Below are positions 18,068-26,613 of a DNA stretch of 62,746 bases, piece by piece (positions within the stretch are counted from its first letter, which is position 1; the number at the start of each line of letters is the position of its first letter). The notes under the pieces were generated by a model. That model made no database searches. It worked only from the letters and a program-made list of their open reading frames with translations, and was not told where the DNA came from. The DNA comes from Candidatus Woesearchaeota archaeon. Lineage in GTDB: Archaea; Nanobdellota; Nanobdellia; Woesearchaeales; 21-14-0-10-32-9. The translations under genes were made by a program, and so were the position numbers. The stretch spans positions 1-62,746 of the forward strand of contig JAIPHP010000004.1 in NCBI GenBank assembly GCA_021735165.1. Direction: 5' to 3'.

Positions 18068-19147
18068 TTATATTTTGTAATTGTTCGTGTTTTGTTTAGG
18101 GTGTTTTTTTAGTTTTTCTATGGTTTTTTCTATTTCTTGAAATATTTTATCGTTATTCCAATTTTTTATTTTTTCTATTTTTTTATAATATTTATCAAGA
18201 TTTTTTTCGAAGTTTTCAAGATCCTCAAAAGTCAGTTTTTTTGTGCAATTGCCATAGCCTGTTTTTTTTAGAGCGTATCCGTTTATTTCTTGTTCTATTT
18301 GTTTTTTTATAGGTATTGCAAGAATTGGTTTTCCTAAGTATAAAGCTTCACTTATTACTGTGAATCCTCCATTTACAATCACATACTTTGATTTTTTTAG
18401 ATCGTTTATGAACTGTTTTTCGTTGAAGTCAATAAATTGCAGATTTTTTTGTTTTCCTTTTTTCTTCATACCATATATTTTAAATGCGTTTTTTGATTTT
18501 TTTAGTTCTTTTAGCATGTCTTTATTTGTTGGTGTTGTTTGATATACTAATACGTGTTGATGTTTTTTTGGTTTTGTTTGTTTTATTTCGTCTCTTATTA
18601 TGGGGTTTACTAGCTTTACATTTTTATTGTATGATTTAGTTTTGTAATATGTTGGTATTATGTATTTGTCTGATTTGGGAAATAGCAATCTTATTGCAAT
18701 TATTGTTCTTTTTAGTTCTGCTTTTTTTATTTCTGGCAATTTTATTTCACATTCTGATAGAAAATGTATGTTGTCTATTGTTATTATTGGTATTTTTAGT
18801 ATGTGCGCTACTTGGCTTGCTGTAGGTTCAAAATCTGTGATTATTATTTCTGGTTTGAATTCGGGTATTATTTTTTTTAGAATTTTTATGTTTGTTTTTG
18901 TAACATATGGGATGCGTTTGAAGAAGTTCTTTACGGATTTTGTTATTTTTACAGTGTTGTTCTCATAAATCCATTTTAAGCTTTCTATTTTGTGTACGTT
19001 TTGGTGTTTGTTTTTTAGATATTCGTATGCCTTGTCTGAGGCAGTTATTAATATTGTGTGTTTTTTTTTAAGTTCTTGTATTATTGTATGGCTTCTTATC
19101 GCATGTCCTAACCCATCACCTTGAACTGAGTACCAAATTTTTGTCAT
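18068..19147 (-). CDS. MJ1255/VC2554-family GT-B glycosyltransferase
   Basis: YSVQGDGLGHAIRS, ITDFEP, NGGFTVISEALYLGKP, EQEING. Confidence 0.85.
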   Translation of the reverse strand: MTKIWYSVQGDGLGHAIRSHTIIQELKKKHTILITASDKAYEYLKNKHQNVHKIESLKWIYENNTVKITKSVKNFFKRIPYVTKTNIKILKKIIPEFKPEIIITDFEPTASQVAHILKIPIITIDNIHFLSECEIKLPEIKKAELKRTIIAIRLLFPKSDKYIIPTYYKTKSYNKNVKLVNPIIRDEIKQTKPKKHQHVLVYQTTPTNKDMLKELKKSKNAFKIYGMKKKGKQKNLQFIDFNEKQFINDLKKSKYVIVNGGFTVISEALYLGKPILAIPIKKQIEQEINGYALKKTGYGNCTKKLTFEDLENFEKNLDKYYKKIEKIKNWNNDKIFQEIEKTIEKLKKHPKQNTNNYKI

Positions 19148-19252
19148 TTAGATTTATTGATATTTTTTGTTTATAAATTTAGTTATAATAAGCTGTTTTT
19201 TGTATTGTTTTACGTGAATATTTAAAAAAAAGAAAAAAATTTACTGAAACAA

Positions 19253-19284
19253 TCTATTCCCACCCTAAATGGCGGGGCTTTAAC
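19253..19284. repeat. Short imperfect palindrome of the CCCGCCCTAAAGGGCGGGG type (IS200/IS605-end-like or REP-like)
   Basis: TCTATTCCCACCCTAAATGGCGGGGCTTTAAC; similar copies at 51231-51262 and 51297-51328. Confidence 0.5.
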
Positions 19285-19308
19285 AATTGTTCCTTAATCT
19301 CAAATTTT

Positions 19309-19776
19309 TTAGCAGGTTTTATGTTTGAATGTTGTTGCTAAAATTGCTGCTATGTATAACAAGTGTTGTAATAATCCTCTCATAACGTCAAAGAAGTTTC
19401 CTTTGAAAACTGTTAGGATTATAGCAACAATCAGTATAATTATTAGTAGCATGCCCATTTCTACTCTTAGTATTCCTATTGCGAGTAGTAATCCGCCTAT
19501 TACTTCAACTATTGCAACTATCCATGTTAATACCATAGGGATTCCTAGTCCTGCTAAGGGATTTGTTGCTGAAAATAGTGCTATTAATTTGGGCAATCCC
19601 ATAAATAAGAAAAATAATCCTGTTACTATTCTTAGTGTTGTCCAAGTCCATGCTTCGCAACATTTTTTTGGTTGCTTCTCTGATTTTGTTGGTTTTGGTT
19701 GCGGTGTTTTTTTTACAGTTTTTGGTGTCTTTTTCGTTGTTTTTTTTGTTGTTTTTTTCTTTGCCATAAATATCAT
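19309..19776 (-). CDS. DoxX family membrane protein with K/T/P-rich N-terminal tail
   Basis: LRIVTGLFFLFMGLPK and VAIVEVIGGLLLAIG motifs; probable start ATG 19767. Confidence 0.8.
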   Translation of the reverse strand: MIFMAKKKTTKKTTKKTPKTVKKTPQPKPTKSEKQPKKCCEAWTWTTLRIVTGLFFLFMGLPKLIALFSATNPLAGLGIPMVLTWIVAIVEVIGGLLLAIGILRVEMGMLLIIILIVAIILTVFKGNFFDVMRGLLQHLLYIAAILATTFKHKTC

Positions 19777-19859
19777 ACCTCCGAATAATGTATTTGAGGC
19801 TGTAGAATATATAAGGTTTTTGCTAACTTTTATATATAAAATTGTTTTTTCGTTTTTTT

Positions 19860-21056
19860 ATGATAATAGGAGTTGTTGGAAAAGCAAATGTTGGTAAAAG
19901 CACTTTTTTTAAAGCTAGCACTTTGATGGATGTAGAAATCGCTAATTATCCTTTTGCGACTATCAAGCCTAATAGCGGAGTTGGTTTTGTTAGAATTGAT
20001 TGCGTAGATAAATTTTTTGGAAAACAGTGTAATCCTCGGGTTGGATATTGTGTTGATGGACAAAGGTTTGTTGCTATTGACATGATTGATGTTGCAGGAC
20101 TTGTGCCTGGTGCTCATGAAGGCAAAGGTATGGGTTTAGAGTTTTTGAATGATTTAAATCAGGCGGATGCGCTTATTCATGTTATTGATGTTTCTGGTAG
20201 TACTAATGAAAAAGGTGAGCCTGCTCAGCCTAATACTCGTGATCCTGCTCTTGATATTAAGTTTATGGAAGATGAGCTTGATTTTTGGTATTTGAGCATT
20301 TTAAAGAAGACTTGGGAAAAGTTTAGTAGGCAGGTTCAACAGACTAATTCTGATGTTGATAAGGCGTTGCATAAACAGTTTTCTGGGCTTGGTAGTAGTG
20401 AAGATATGATTAGAGGAATTTTGAGCTATTTAGACTTAGATGCTAAAATTTTGGTGGATTGGTCTGAGGATGAGCTTTTTAAGTTTGCTAGGGCTTTGAG
20501 AATTAAGACTAAACCTATGCTTATTGTTGCTAATAAGATTGACGTTCCTGGTGCTATGGATAATTATTTACGTTTAAAAAATGAGTTTCCTAGTCAAATA
20601 ATTGTTCCTTGTAGTGCTGAGAGTGAGTTGGCTTTAAAAGAGGCTCATAAACACAAACTAATTAATTATGTTCCTGGAAATGCTCATTTTGAAGTTATTG
20701 GCGCATTATCTGATAAACAAAAGGTTGGTTTAGATTTTATTAAAAATGATGTTCTTGATAAGAATACTGAAGGTACAGGCGTTCAGGCCTCTTTGAATGC
20801 AACTGTTTTTTCTCTTTTAAAGTATATTCCTGTGTTTCCTGGAGGGGTTAATAAATTGGAGGATCAGCACGGTAATGTTTTGCCTGATTGTTTTTTGCTT
20901 CCTGAAAAAAGCACTGCTTTAGATTTTGCGTTTAAGATCCATACTGATTTGGGCAAGGGTTTTATTCGTGCTATTGATGTTAAGACTAAGAGAACTGTTG
21001 GTAAGGATCATGTCCTTAATTTTGGGGATGTTGTTGAAATTATTAGTGATAAATAG
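19860..21056 (+). CDS. ychF: OBG-family YchF-like ATPase/GTPase with TGS domain
   Basis: GKANVGKSTFF, NYPFATI, DVAGLVPGA, NKID, C-terminal TALDFAFKIHTDL TGS domain. Confidence 0.93.
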   Translation: MIIGVVGKANVGKSTFFKASTLMDVEIANYPFATIKPNSGVGFVRIDCVDKFFGKQCNPRVGYCVDGQRFVAIDMIDVAGLVPGAHEGKGMGLEFLNDLNQADALIHVIDVSGSTNEKGEPAQPNTRDPALDIKFMEDELDFWYLSILKKTWEKFSRQVQQTNSDVDKALHKQFSGLGSSEDMIRGILSYLDLDAKILVDWSEDELFKFARALRIKTKPMLIVANKIDVPGAMDNYLRLKNEFPSQIIVPCSAESELALKEAHKHKLINYVPGNAHFEVIGALSDKQKVGLDFIKNDVLDKNTEGTGVQASLNATVFSLLKYIPVFPGGVNKLEDQHGNVLPDCFLLPEKSTALDFAFKIHTDLGKGFIRAIDVKTKRTVGKDHVLNFGDVVEIISDK

Positions 21057-21113
21057 TTGTTTTAACTTTTAGCAAAAATCTTTATAAACGAATTAGTTTC
21101 TCTTGTTAATGAT

Positions 21114-21256
21114 GGGGACATAGTATAACCTGGCTAGAATGGCTGGCTCCAGTACTTTTATTGGAGCGATGAGACTTGTTTGTCGATGATTAGCGTTTTA
21201 GCGCGTTTTAAAGTGAGAGATACCAGCAGATTTGGGTTCGAATCCCAATGTCCCCA
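21114..21256 (+). tRNA. tRNA-Trp (CCA) with 69-nt intron at position 37/38 (21153-21221)
   Basis: Acceptor GGGGACA/TGTCCCC-A, anticodon stem GCTGG/CCAGC, CCA at 21149-51, T arm TTGGG-TTCGAAT-CCCAA; TTTATAAA TATA box at 21081. Confidence 0.93.
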
Positions 21257-21354
21257 TTTTTTTCTTTTATTATACATTTTTATAATTTTTTTGTTATGGA
21301 AACTTTTAAATAGTAATGATTATCAATTGATATGATTATTATGTCGAGTTTAGG

Positions 21355-21864
21355 GTGGTTAAGATAGATAAAGGTGAATTTAACAGAGATATGGATGATT
21401 ATTTGAATAGTAGGAAGGGTGAATCTCAAAGTTCTATGCGAAGTGGGGCTTTGAAGCTTTTTAGTTTTTTTCAGCGCAGGATCCCAAATGATGAGGAAAT
21501 AGAAATGAGAGCTCGGGAAAGAGAGGTTGAAAACGTTAGGGAGTTGGAAAACATGCAAGATGATGTTGAGGATATTCAGGCTGCTGAGGACGCTATGGAA
21601 TTAGAGCGTGAAGGTATTTTTAAGAGGTTTCTTAAGCTTCTTAGGCTTGGTGGTCGTTCTGATTTTCCTGAGGAAGAAGAAGTTTTAGAGAGTGTTGCAG
21701 AACAAAAAGCTTTAGAGTTAGAGGAGTCTTTTAAGGATACTGTTAAGATGCTTCATAAGTGGTTGGAGATGTTACCTGCTGAGAAGATGGATCAGTTTAA
21801 GAGAAGTGATGATTTTCAGAGATATAAAGAGGTTTTAAAGAAGCTTGGCATGATTAAGAATTAG
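21355..21864 (+). CDS. Hypothetical acidic coiled-coil protein
   Basis: 169-aa ORF with protein-like composition on the G/T-rich strand. Confidence 0.75.
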   Translation: MVKIDKGEFNRDMDDYLNSRKGESQSSMRSGALKLFSFFQRRIPNDEEIEMRAREREVENVRELENMQDDVEDIQAAEDAMELEREGIFKRFLKLLRLGGRSDFPEEEEVLESVAEQKALELEESFKDTVKMLHKWLEMLPAEKMDQFKRSDDFQRYKEVLKKLGMIKN

Positions 21865-22184
21865 TTATTTATTATGTCGCATATGAATGATTTTTGTTCT
21901 ATTGCTTTTTTTAGTTGATTTATTTTTTTGTTTTTTAGCATGCTTTTTGATTGTAAGATTATTTTTCCCTTCGGTCTGATTGTTATGTTGGTTTTGTTTG
22001 ATCTTATTCCTTTTGAGTATACTTCAAGGGTTGTGAAATTATACGTAAATGGTATGAATGATTTCCCCCATCCTAATCCTGCGTATTTTGGGTCTGGAAG
22101 AATTGTTGCATTTTTTCCATAGGATTCTTTTATAGCGTTTATTACTGCTTTTTCTCGTTTTTCCAGATCTGTTTTGTATGTCAT
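21861..22184 (-). CDS. Hypothetical protein
   Basis: ORF in a tightly packed minus-strand run. Confidence 0.6.
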   Translation of the reverse strand: MTYKTDLEKREKAVINAIKESYGKNATILPDPKYAGLGWGKSFIPFTYNFTTLEVYSKGIRSNKTNITIRPKGKIILQSKSMLKNKKINQLKKAIEQKSFICDIINN

Positions 22185-22188
22185 TTTT

Positions 22189-22692
22189 TTATTTAATGTA
22201 TTGATTTAGTTTTTCTCTGAGTTCTTTTGATAGATTTTGAGAGGGTTTTTGTATTGTGTTATAATTTTTTCCTGATTTTAGATTGTATTTTCTTTTTAGT
22301 AAATTTTCATCGAATTCTCCATGTATTATTATTGGCGTTTTGAGTATGAGTTTTTCTGTTATATCTGTTAATTCTTGAATTTTTGATTTTTCTTTGTTTA
22401 CTTGAGGTTCTATTATTACAAAAGAATATTTTTCTTGTTCTGTGAAATCTTTGAGATCTTCATTGGAATATGCTGTTTTTAAGTTTATTTCGAGTTCTTT
22501 TTGAAGATATGTTTCTAGTATTGATGCGTATGAATAGGTACTTGCTAAGTATATCGCTGTTTCTTTTTTTCTATGACTCAGTGAGTTTTTTCTTCCATGA
22601 GGTCCTAGTTTGTAGTTACTTGGTATTTTGTCACTTAATTCTTGGCGTGTTATTGTTGTTCTTCCTTGTCCTGGTTTATTTCTTAGTTTCAT
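22189..22692 (-). CDS. Hypothetical protein, possible degenerate receiver-like fold
   Basis: AIYLAS...YSFVIIEP...PIIIHG spacing resembles CheY-like beta strands, without the phospho-acceptor Asp. Confidence 0.5.
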   Translation of the reverse strand: MKLRNKPGQGRTTITRQELSDKIPSNYKLGPHGRKNSLSHRKKETAIYLASTYSYASILETYLQKELEINLKTAYSNEDLKDFTEQEKYSFVIIEPQVNKEKSKIQELTDITEKLILKTPIIIHGEFDENLLKRKYNLKSGKNYNTIQKPSQNLSKELREKLNQYIK

Positions 22693-22760
22693 TTATTTTA
22701 CTTCTCTTAAGTCTTCATCTTTTATCTCTGAGTATGAATCTTGTGTGTTAAATTCTGTTC

Positions 22761-25106
22761 TCATTTTCTTTTAGAATTTTTCTTTTTGGTTGTTGGTTTC
22801 TTTTGTATTATTGGTTCTGGTTGTTTTTGTTGTTTTTTTTTAAAGTATGGCGTGAATAGTATTATTATTAGCAGAATTATTATTAGTGCGTTGTTTATGA
22901 ATGAACAGTTTTGTTCATAGAAGTCTAGCGGCTTTATTTCTGCGGTGTCTATTACTTCTAGTCTTATTCTTGGACTTTTTATTTCTTCCTCTGCAGGATC
23001 TTTTGCTATTATTTTAATTTCGTCTTTGCCGTACCAGTCTTTAGTTGGTTTTAGTGTTGCTTTGTTATCTTTGAATGTTATTTGTATGTTTTCTAGTGGT
23101 TTTTCTAGTTCGTACGATAAGGTGTCATTGTCTGGATCTTGGAAGTATTTTGTTAGATCTAATTCGTATTTTGTGTCTTCGTACCATATTAAGTAAAATT
23201 TATCGTTTACTTTTTCTTGGTCAAGTTCTGGTAAGTCGTATTTTGGTATGTTGTTTACTAACACATTTATTATAATTATTAGTATTATGATTATTGTTGT
23301 TATTAGTATGAATGTTGTGTTGTGTTTTGATTTTTTTATTGAGTATCTTATTATGAGCATTATTGTTGCTATGATTATTAGTATTAGTAGGATTGCAGTT
23401 ATTTTTTTGCAGGTTGTTTGTGTGAAGTATTTGTATAGTGTTTCTTGTATTGGTTCTGAGACCATTTTTAATTTGAATTGTTGTGTGTATTCTTGTTTTG
23501 TTTCGTCTGAGGTTATTTTCAGTGTGAAGTATTGTGTTTCTTGTGGCGCTTCTGTTTCTTGGTTTGCGTATAGTTTTATTTGTATGTATTCTGTTTCTTG
23601 ACTTTTTATTTCTATTTCTTCTGTTTGTAGTTCTATGAATTTTGGTCCTTCATATTTTATATTGTAATTTGTTTCTAGTATACCTATGTTTTTTATAGGT
23701 ATTGTTGCGTAGTTTTCTTCATATCTTACTTTTAAGGATTTTTCCGGAAATTCTAGTTGTGTGCATTGGTAGTTGTCTTTTATGATTATTTTTTGCGAAT
23801 CTTTGAATATTTGGTTTACATCTTTTTCGTGTATTGTCGCGGAAACATATATTGTGAATTCTTCTGTTCTTTCGTATTTTTCTATTAGGAGTTTTGTTTG
23901 TTCTGTTTCTCCTGCTGATATTTCTAGTTCTTGGTCTTCTAGTTGTGTTATTTCTGTTGGGTCGTAGAGCCATAGTTTTATTTTTTCGTCATTTAGTCCG
24001 TTGTTGTGTATTTTTATTGGTATTTCGTGCTTGCCTGTGCATAGTTCTTGTGGTTTTGGTCCTTGTATTTCTACTTGCATATCAAAGCAGTTTAGTGTTT
24101 TTATTGTTGTGTTTTGGCTTGTTTTTAGATCTCCTTTTTTAGATTCTGTGTTTATTGTTATTGTGTGTTCTCCTTCTGCTGTTGGTTGTATTTCTAGATA
24201 TGTTTGTTTTTCTTTTCCTTTTTCTATGCTTATTGTGTTTTCTGTGGTTTTTATGAAACTTGGCGTATTTTGTAAGTTTATTGTGTATTCATTGTCTACT
24301 TTTCCGTTGTTTTTTATGTCTATTGGAATTCTTGTTTTTTCGTTAACACAGTAGTATGCTTCTTGATGTATTTGTACGTCGTAATTGTATGCTCTGTTTA
24401 TTTCTATTTGGTGTTCTAATAGAGATATTAGTTGGTTGTTTATTGATTCTATTATGAATTGATTTGTTTTGTTGCCATAGTCTTCACAAGATGCTTGGTA
24501 TGTGAAGTTTTGTGTTCCTGTTTGATTTGAGTTTAGTGTTAGTTCGTATGTTTGATTTTGAAATTTTAGTAAATATTGTTCTTGGAATGGGCTTGGGTTT
24601 GTTAGGTATATTGTGTATGTTGTTGATTGGCAAGGATCTATTTTTTCTTTCGCAGTATATAATTGTGCATCTATTGTTTGGCATCTTATTGTTTGTAGAT
24701 TTCGTGTTATTGTTTTTGTATTGCCATAGTTGTTAGTTATGTATACTTCATAGTTTTTTGTGTGTTCTTCTTGGCAATTTGCTTGTAAGAATAAGTCTAC
24801 GTATATTTTTTCTCCAGGTTCTAGGTGTATTTGTCCAGGAGGCGATGCTACGTTTTGTAGGTTTGATGTTACTTTGTAGTCTGCTCCGAAGCTACCTGTG
24901 TTTTCTATGTATATTTTGTCGTATTGTGTTGCACAAGAACAAATTGTTGGCGTTGGTGTGATTGCTCCTGCCATAAAGTCGTAGCTTATTTTGTATAGAT
25001 TAACGTCAAAATTTGTTGCTGCTGATGTTGTTTGCAGTATTAGTATAAACATTAAAGTAACTACACCTAAGAATTTTGTGATTTTTGTAGTTTGGTGCAG
25101 TTTCAT
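22761..25106 (-). CDS. Membrane-anchored surface protein with tandem Ig-like (CARDB/NEW3-like) and cadherin-like domains
   Basis: Signal peptide; repeated IKNNG/IHNNG/IKNIG strands; two internal TM helices; DLTKYFQDPDNDTLSY; C-terminal TM and basic tail. Confidence 0.75.
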   Translation of the reverse strand: MKLHQTTKITKFLGVVTLMFILILQTTSAATNFDVNLYKISYDFMAGAITPTPTICSCATQYDKIYIENTGSFGADYKVTSNLQNVASPPGQIHLEPGEKIYVDLFLQANCQEEHTKNYEVYITNNYGNTKTITRNLQTIRCQTIDAQLYTAKEKIDPCQSTTYTIYLTNPSPFQEQYLLKFQNQTYELTLNSNQTGTQNFTYQASCEDYGNKTNQFIIESINNQLISLLEHQIEINRAYNYDVQIHQEAYYCVNEKTRIPIDIKNNGKVDNEYTINLQNTPSFIKTTENTISIEKGKEKQTYLEIQPTAEGEHTITINTESKKGDLKTSQNTTIKTLNCFDMQVEIQGPKPQELCTGKHEIPIKIHNNGLNDEKIKLWLYDPTEITQLEDQELEISAGETEQTKLLIEKYERTEEFTIYVSATIHEKDVNQIFKDSQKIIIKDNYQCTQLEFPEKSLKVRYEENYATIPIKNIGILETNYNIKYEGPKFIELQTEEIEIKSQETEYIQIKLYANQETEAPQETQYFTLKITSDETKQEYTQQFKLKMVSEPIQETLYKYFTQTTCKKITAILLILIIIATIMLIIRYSIKKSKHNTTFILITTIIIILIIIINVLVNNIPKYDLPELDQEKVNDKFYLIWYEDTKYELDLTKYFQDPDNDTLSYELEKPLENIQITFKDNKATLKPTKDWYGKDEIKIIAKDPAEEEIKSPRIRLEVIDTAEIKPLDFYEQNCSFINNALIIILLIIILFTPYFKKKQQKQPEPIIQKKPTTKKKNSKRK

Positions 25107-25181
25107 TTTTAATATTCACACTAGTTTTGAACTGTTTTTTTATTTATTTTAAAAAATTAAGAAAAAAAAGTTAAGGAAGTT

Positions 25182-26483
25182 TCAGTAGTAAGTTTCTGAA
25201 TCTTCGTCTTCTTCCTTGTCTCCTTTTTTTACTTTTGCTATTAGAACTATAAGTCCTAGCAAAATCAGGATTATTACAAGGATTACTAATGCCCATTCAA
25301 GTACGCTTCTTAGGTTGTTTGATGTTTCTTCTCCTGCTTTTACTGTTGCCAGTACGTTTGTTGAGCTTACTTCATCTCCTGCGGTTACTTTTACTTGGAA
25401 CACTTTATCTCCAGCTTCTGCATCTGCAGTTGCTTGAAGGTTTACGTATACGGTTTGTGTTTGCCCTGCTTTTAGTAAAACTACGGAAGATGGTTGAATT
25501 TGCATTGTTGCCCAATCATTTGTTCCTTCAACATTCACAATGTATGTTTTTGATGTTGCTCCTGTGTTTTCTATTAGTACTGGGTATACAGCAGTTGTTC
25601 CTTTTATTATTTCTACTGATTGTGGCATCGTTATTATTGTTGTATCGTCTTCTTCACTGCCTGGTGTTTCTTCTCTTCCTGTTACAGTTATGGTTTTTGT
25701 TTCTGATTGTGCTTGGTATTTATCAAAGCTAACTGTTGCTACAACATCATAATCTTTTACTTCTGCGTCTAGAGGAATTCTTAATAATAGTGCTTCAAAG
25801 CTTTCTACTTCTTCTTCTAGTATTGTGTCTATTGTTTCATAGGTTGTTAGGCCTAGTTCTGGTATGCTTATTTCTACACTTACATCATCTAGGTCTTTTT
25901 CTCCCATATTTTTTACTTGTACTTTGAAACTTAGTGCTCTTCCTGCTTCTATTTCTGAGGATGGACTAATGTAGAATTTTCTTATTTGTACTGCTTTGTC
26001 TTTTGCAAGACCGTCGATTTCCATTGGAAACATGTATTCAAGTGAAGGTACATCATTTCTTGCGGATACAAAGACTCTTAAGAACATTTCATCTATTTTT
26101 TCTATGTCTTCTGGAACTTTTAAGTGCAATGTGTATGTGTCTGAAGATCCTTCACTTAGATCGAATACTTCTGAGTATGCTACTACATCTTCATTTTCGT
26201 AATCTGCATATTCATATCCTACTATTTCTGCTCTTATTCTTGCGTTTTCAACGTCTCCATTCATTGCTTTTACTGCAACGACTACTTTTATTTCTTCTCC
26301 TCTTTCAAGTCTTACTCTTGATGGGAAATCATCGAAATCATTTATATCTACGTCTGTAACGTTTAGAAACAGACTTGTTGGATCTACAACACCTGGTTCG
26401 TAATTAAAACTTTGTGCTGATACTTGAACTACTAGCACTGCTAGGAGCACTATCATAATTGTTGTTATTTGACTAATCTTCAT
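25182..26483 (-). CDS. S-layer-like Ig-domain surface protein with C-terminal anchor
   Basis: Signal peptide, VQVKNMG and LIENTG CARDB-type strands, C-terminal TM; TTTATAAA promoter upstream. Confidence 0.75.
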   Translation of the reverse strand: MKISQITTIMIVLLAVLVVQVSAQSFNYEPGVVDPTSLFLNVTDVDINDFDDFPSRVRLERGEEIKVVVAVKAMNGDVENARIRAEIVGYEYADYENEDVVAYSEVFDLSEGSSDTYTLHLKVPEDIEKIDEMFLRVFVSARNDVPSLEYMFPMEIDGLAKDKAVQIRKFYISPSSEIEAGRALSFKVQVKNMGEKDLDDVSVEISIPELGLTTYETIDTILEEEVESFEALLLRIPLDAEVKDYDVVATVSFDKYQAQSETKTITVTGREETPGSEEDDTTIITMPQSVEIIKGTTAVYPVLIENTGATSKTYIVNVEGTNDWATMQIQPSSVVLLKAGQTQTVYVNLQATADAEAGDKVFQVKVTAGDEVSSTNVLATVKAGEETSNNLRSVLEWALVILVIILILLGLIVLIAKVKKGDKEEDEDSETYY

Positions 26484-26613
26484 TTGTACTGACCTCCGTA
26501 GTAATTTTTTCCCCTACGATTTTTGTAGGATAAACTTTGATATTTATAAATGTTTTGTGTATGTTCTCATTTTTTAGTGAATAACTTTTGTTATTTCTCA
26601 AGGATTGTTATAA

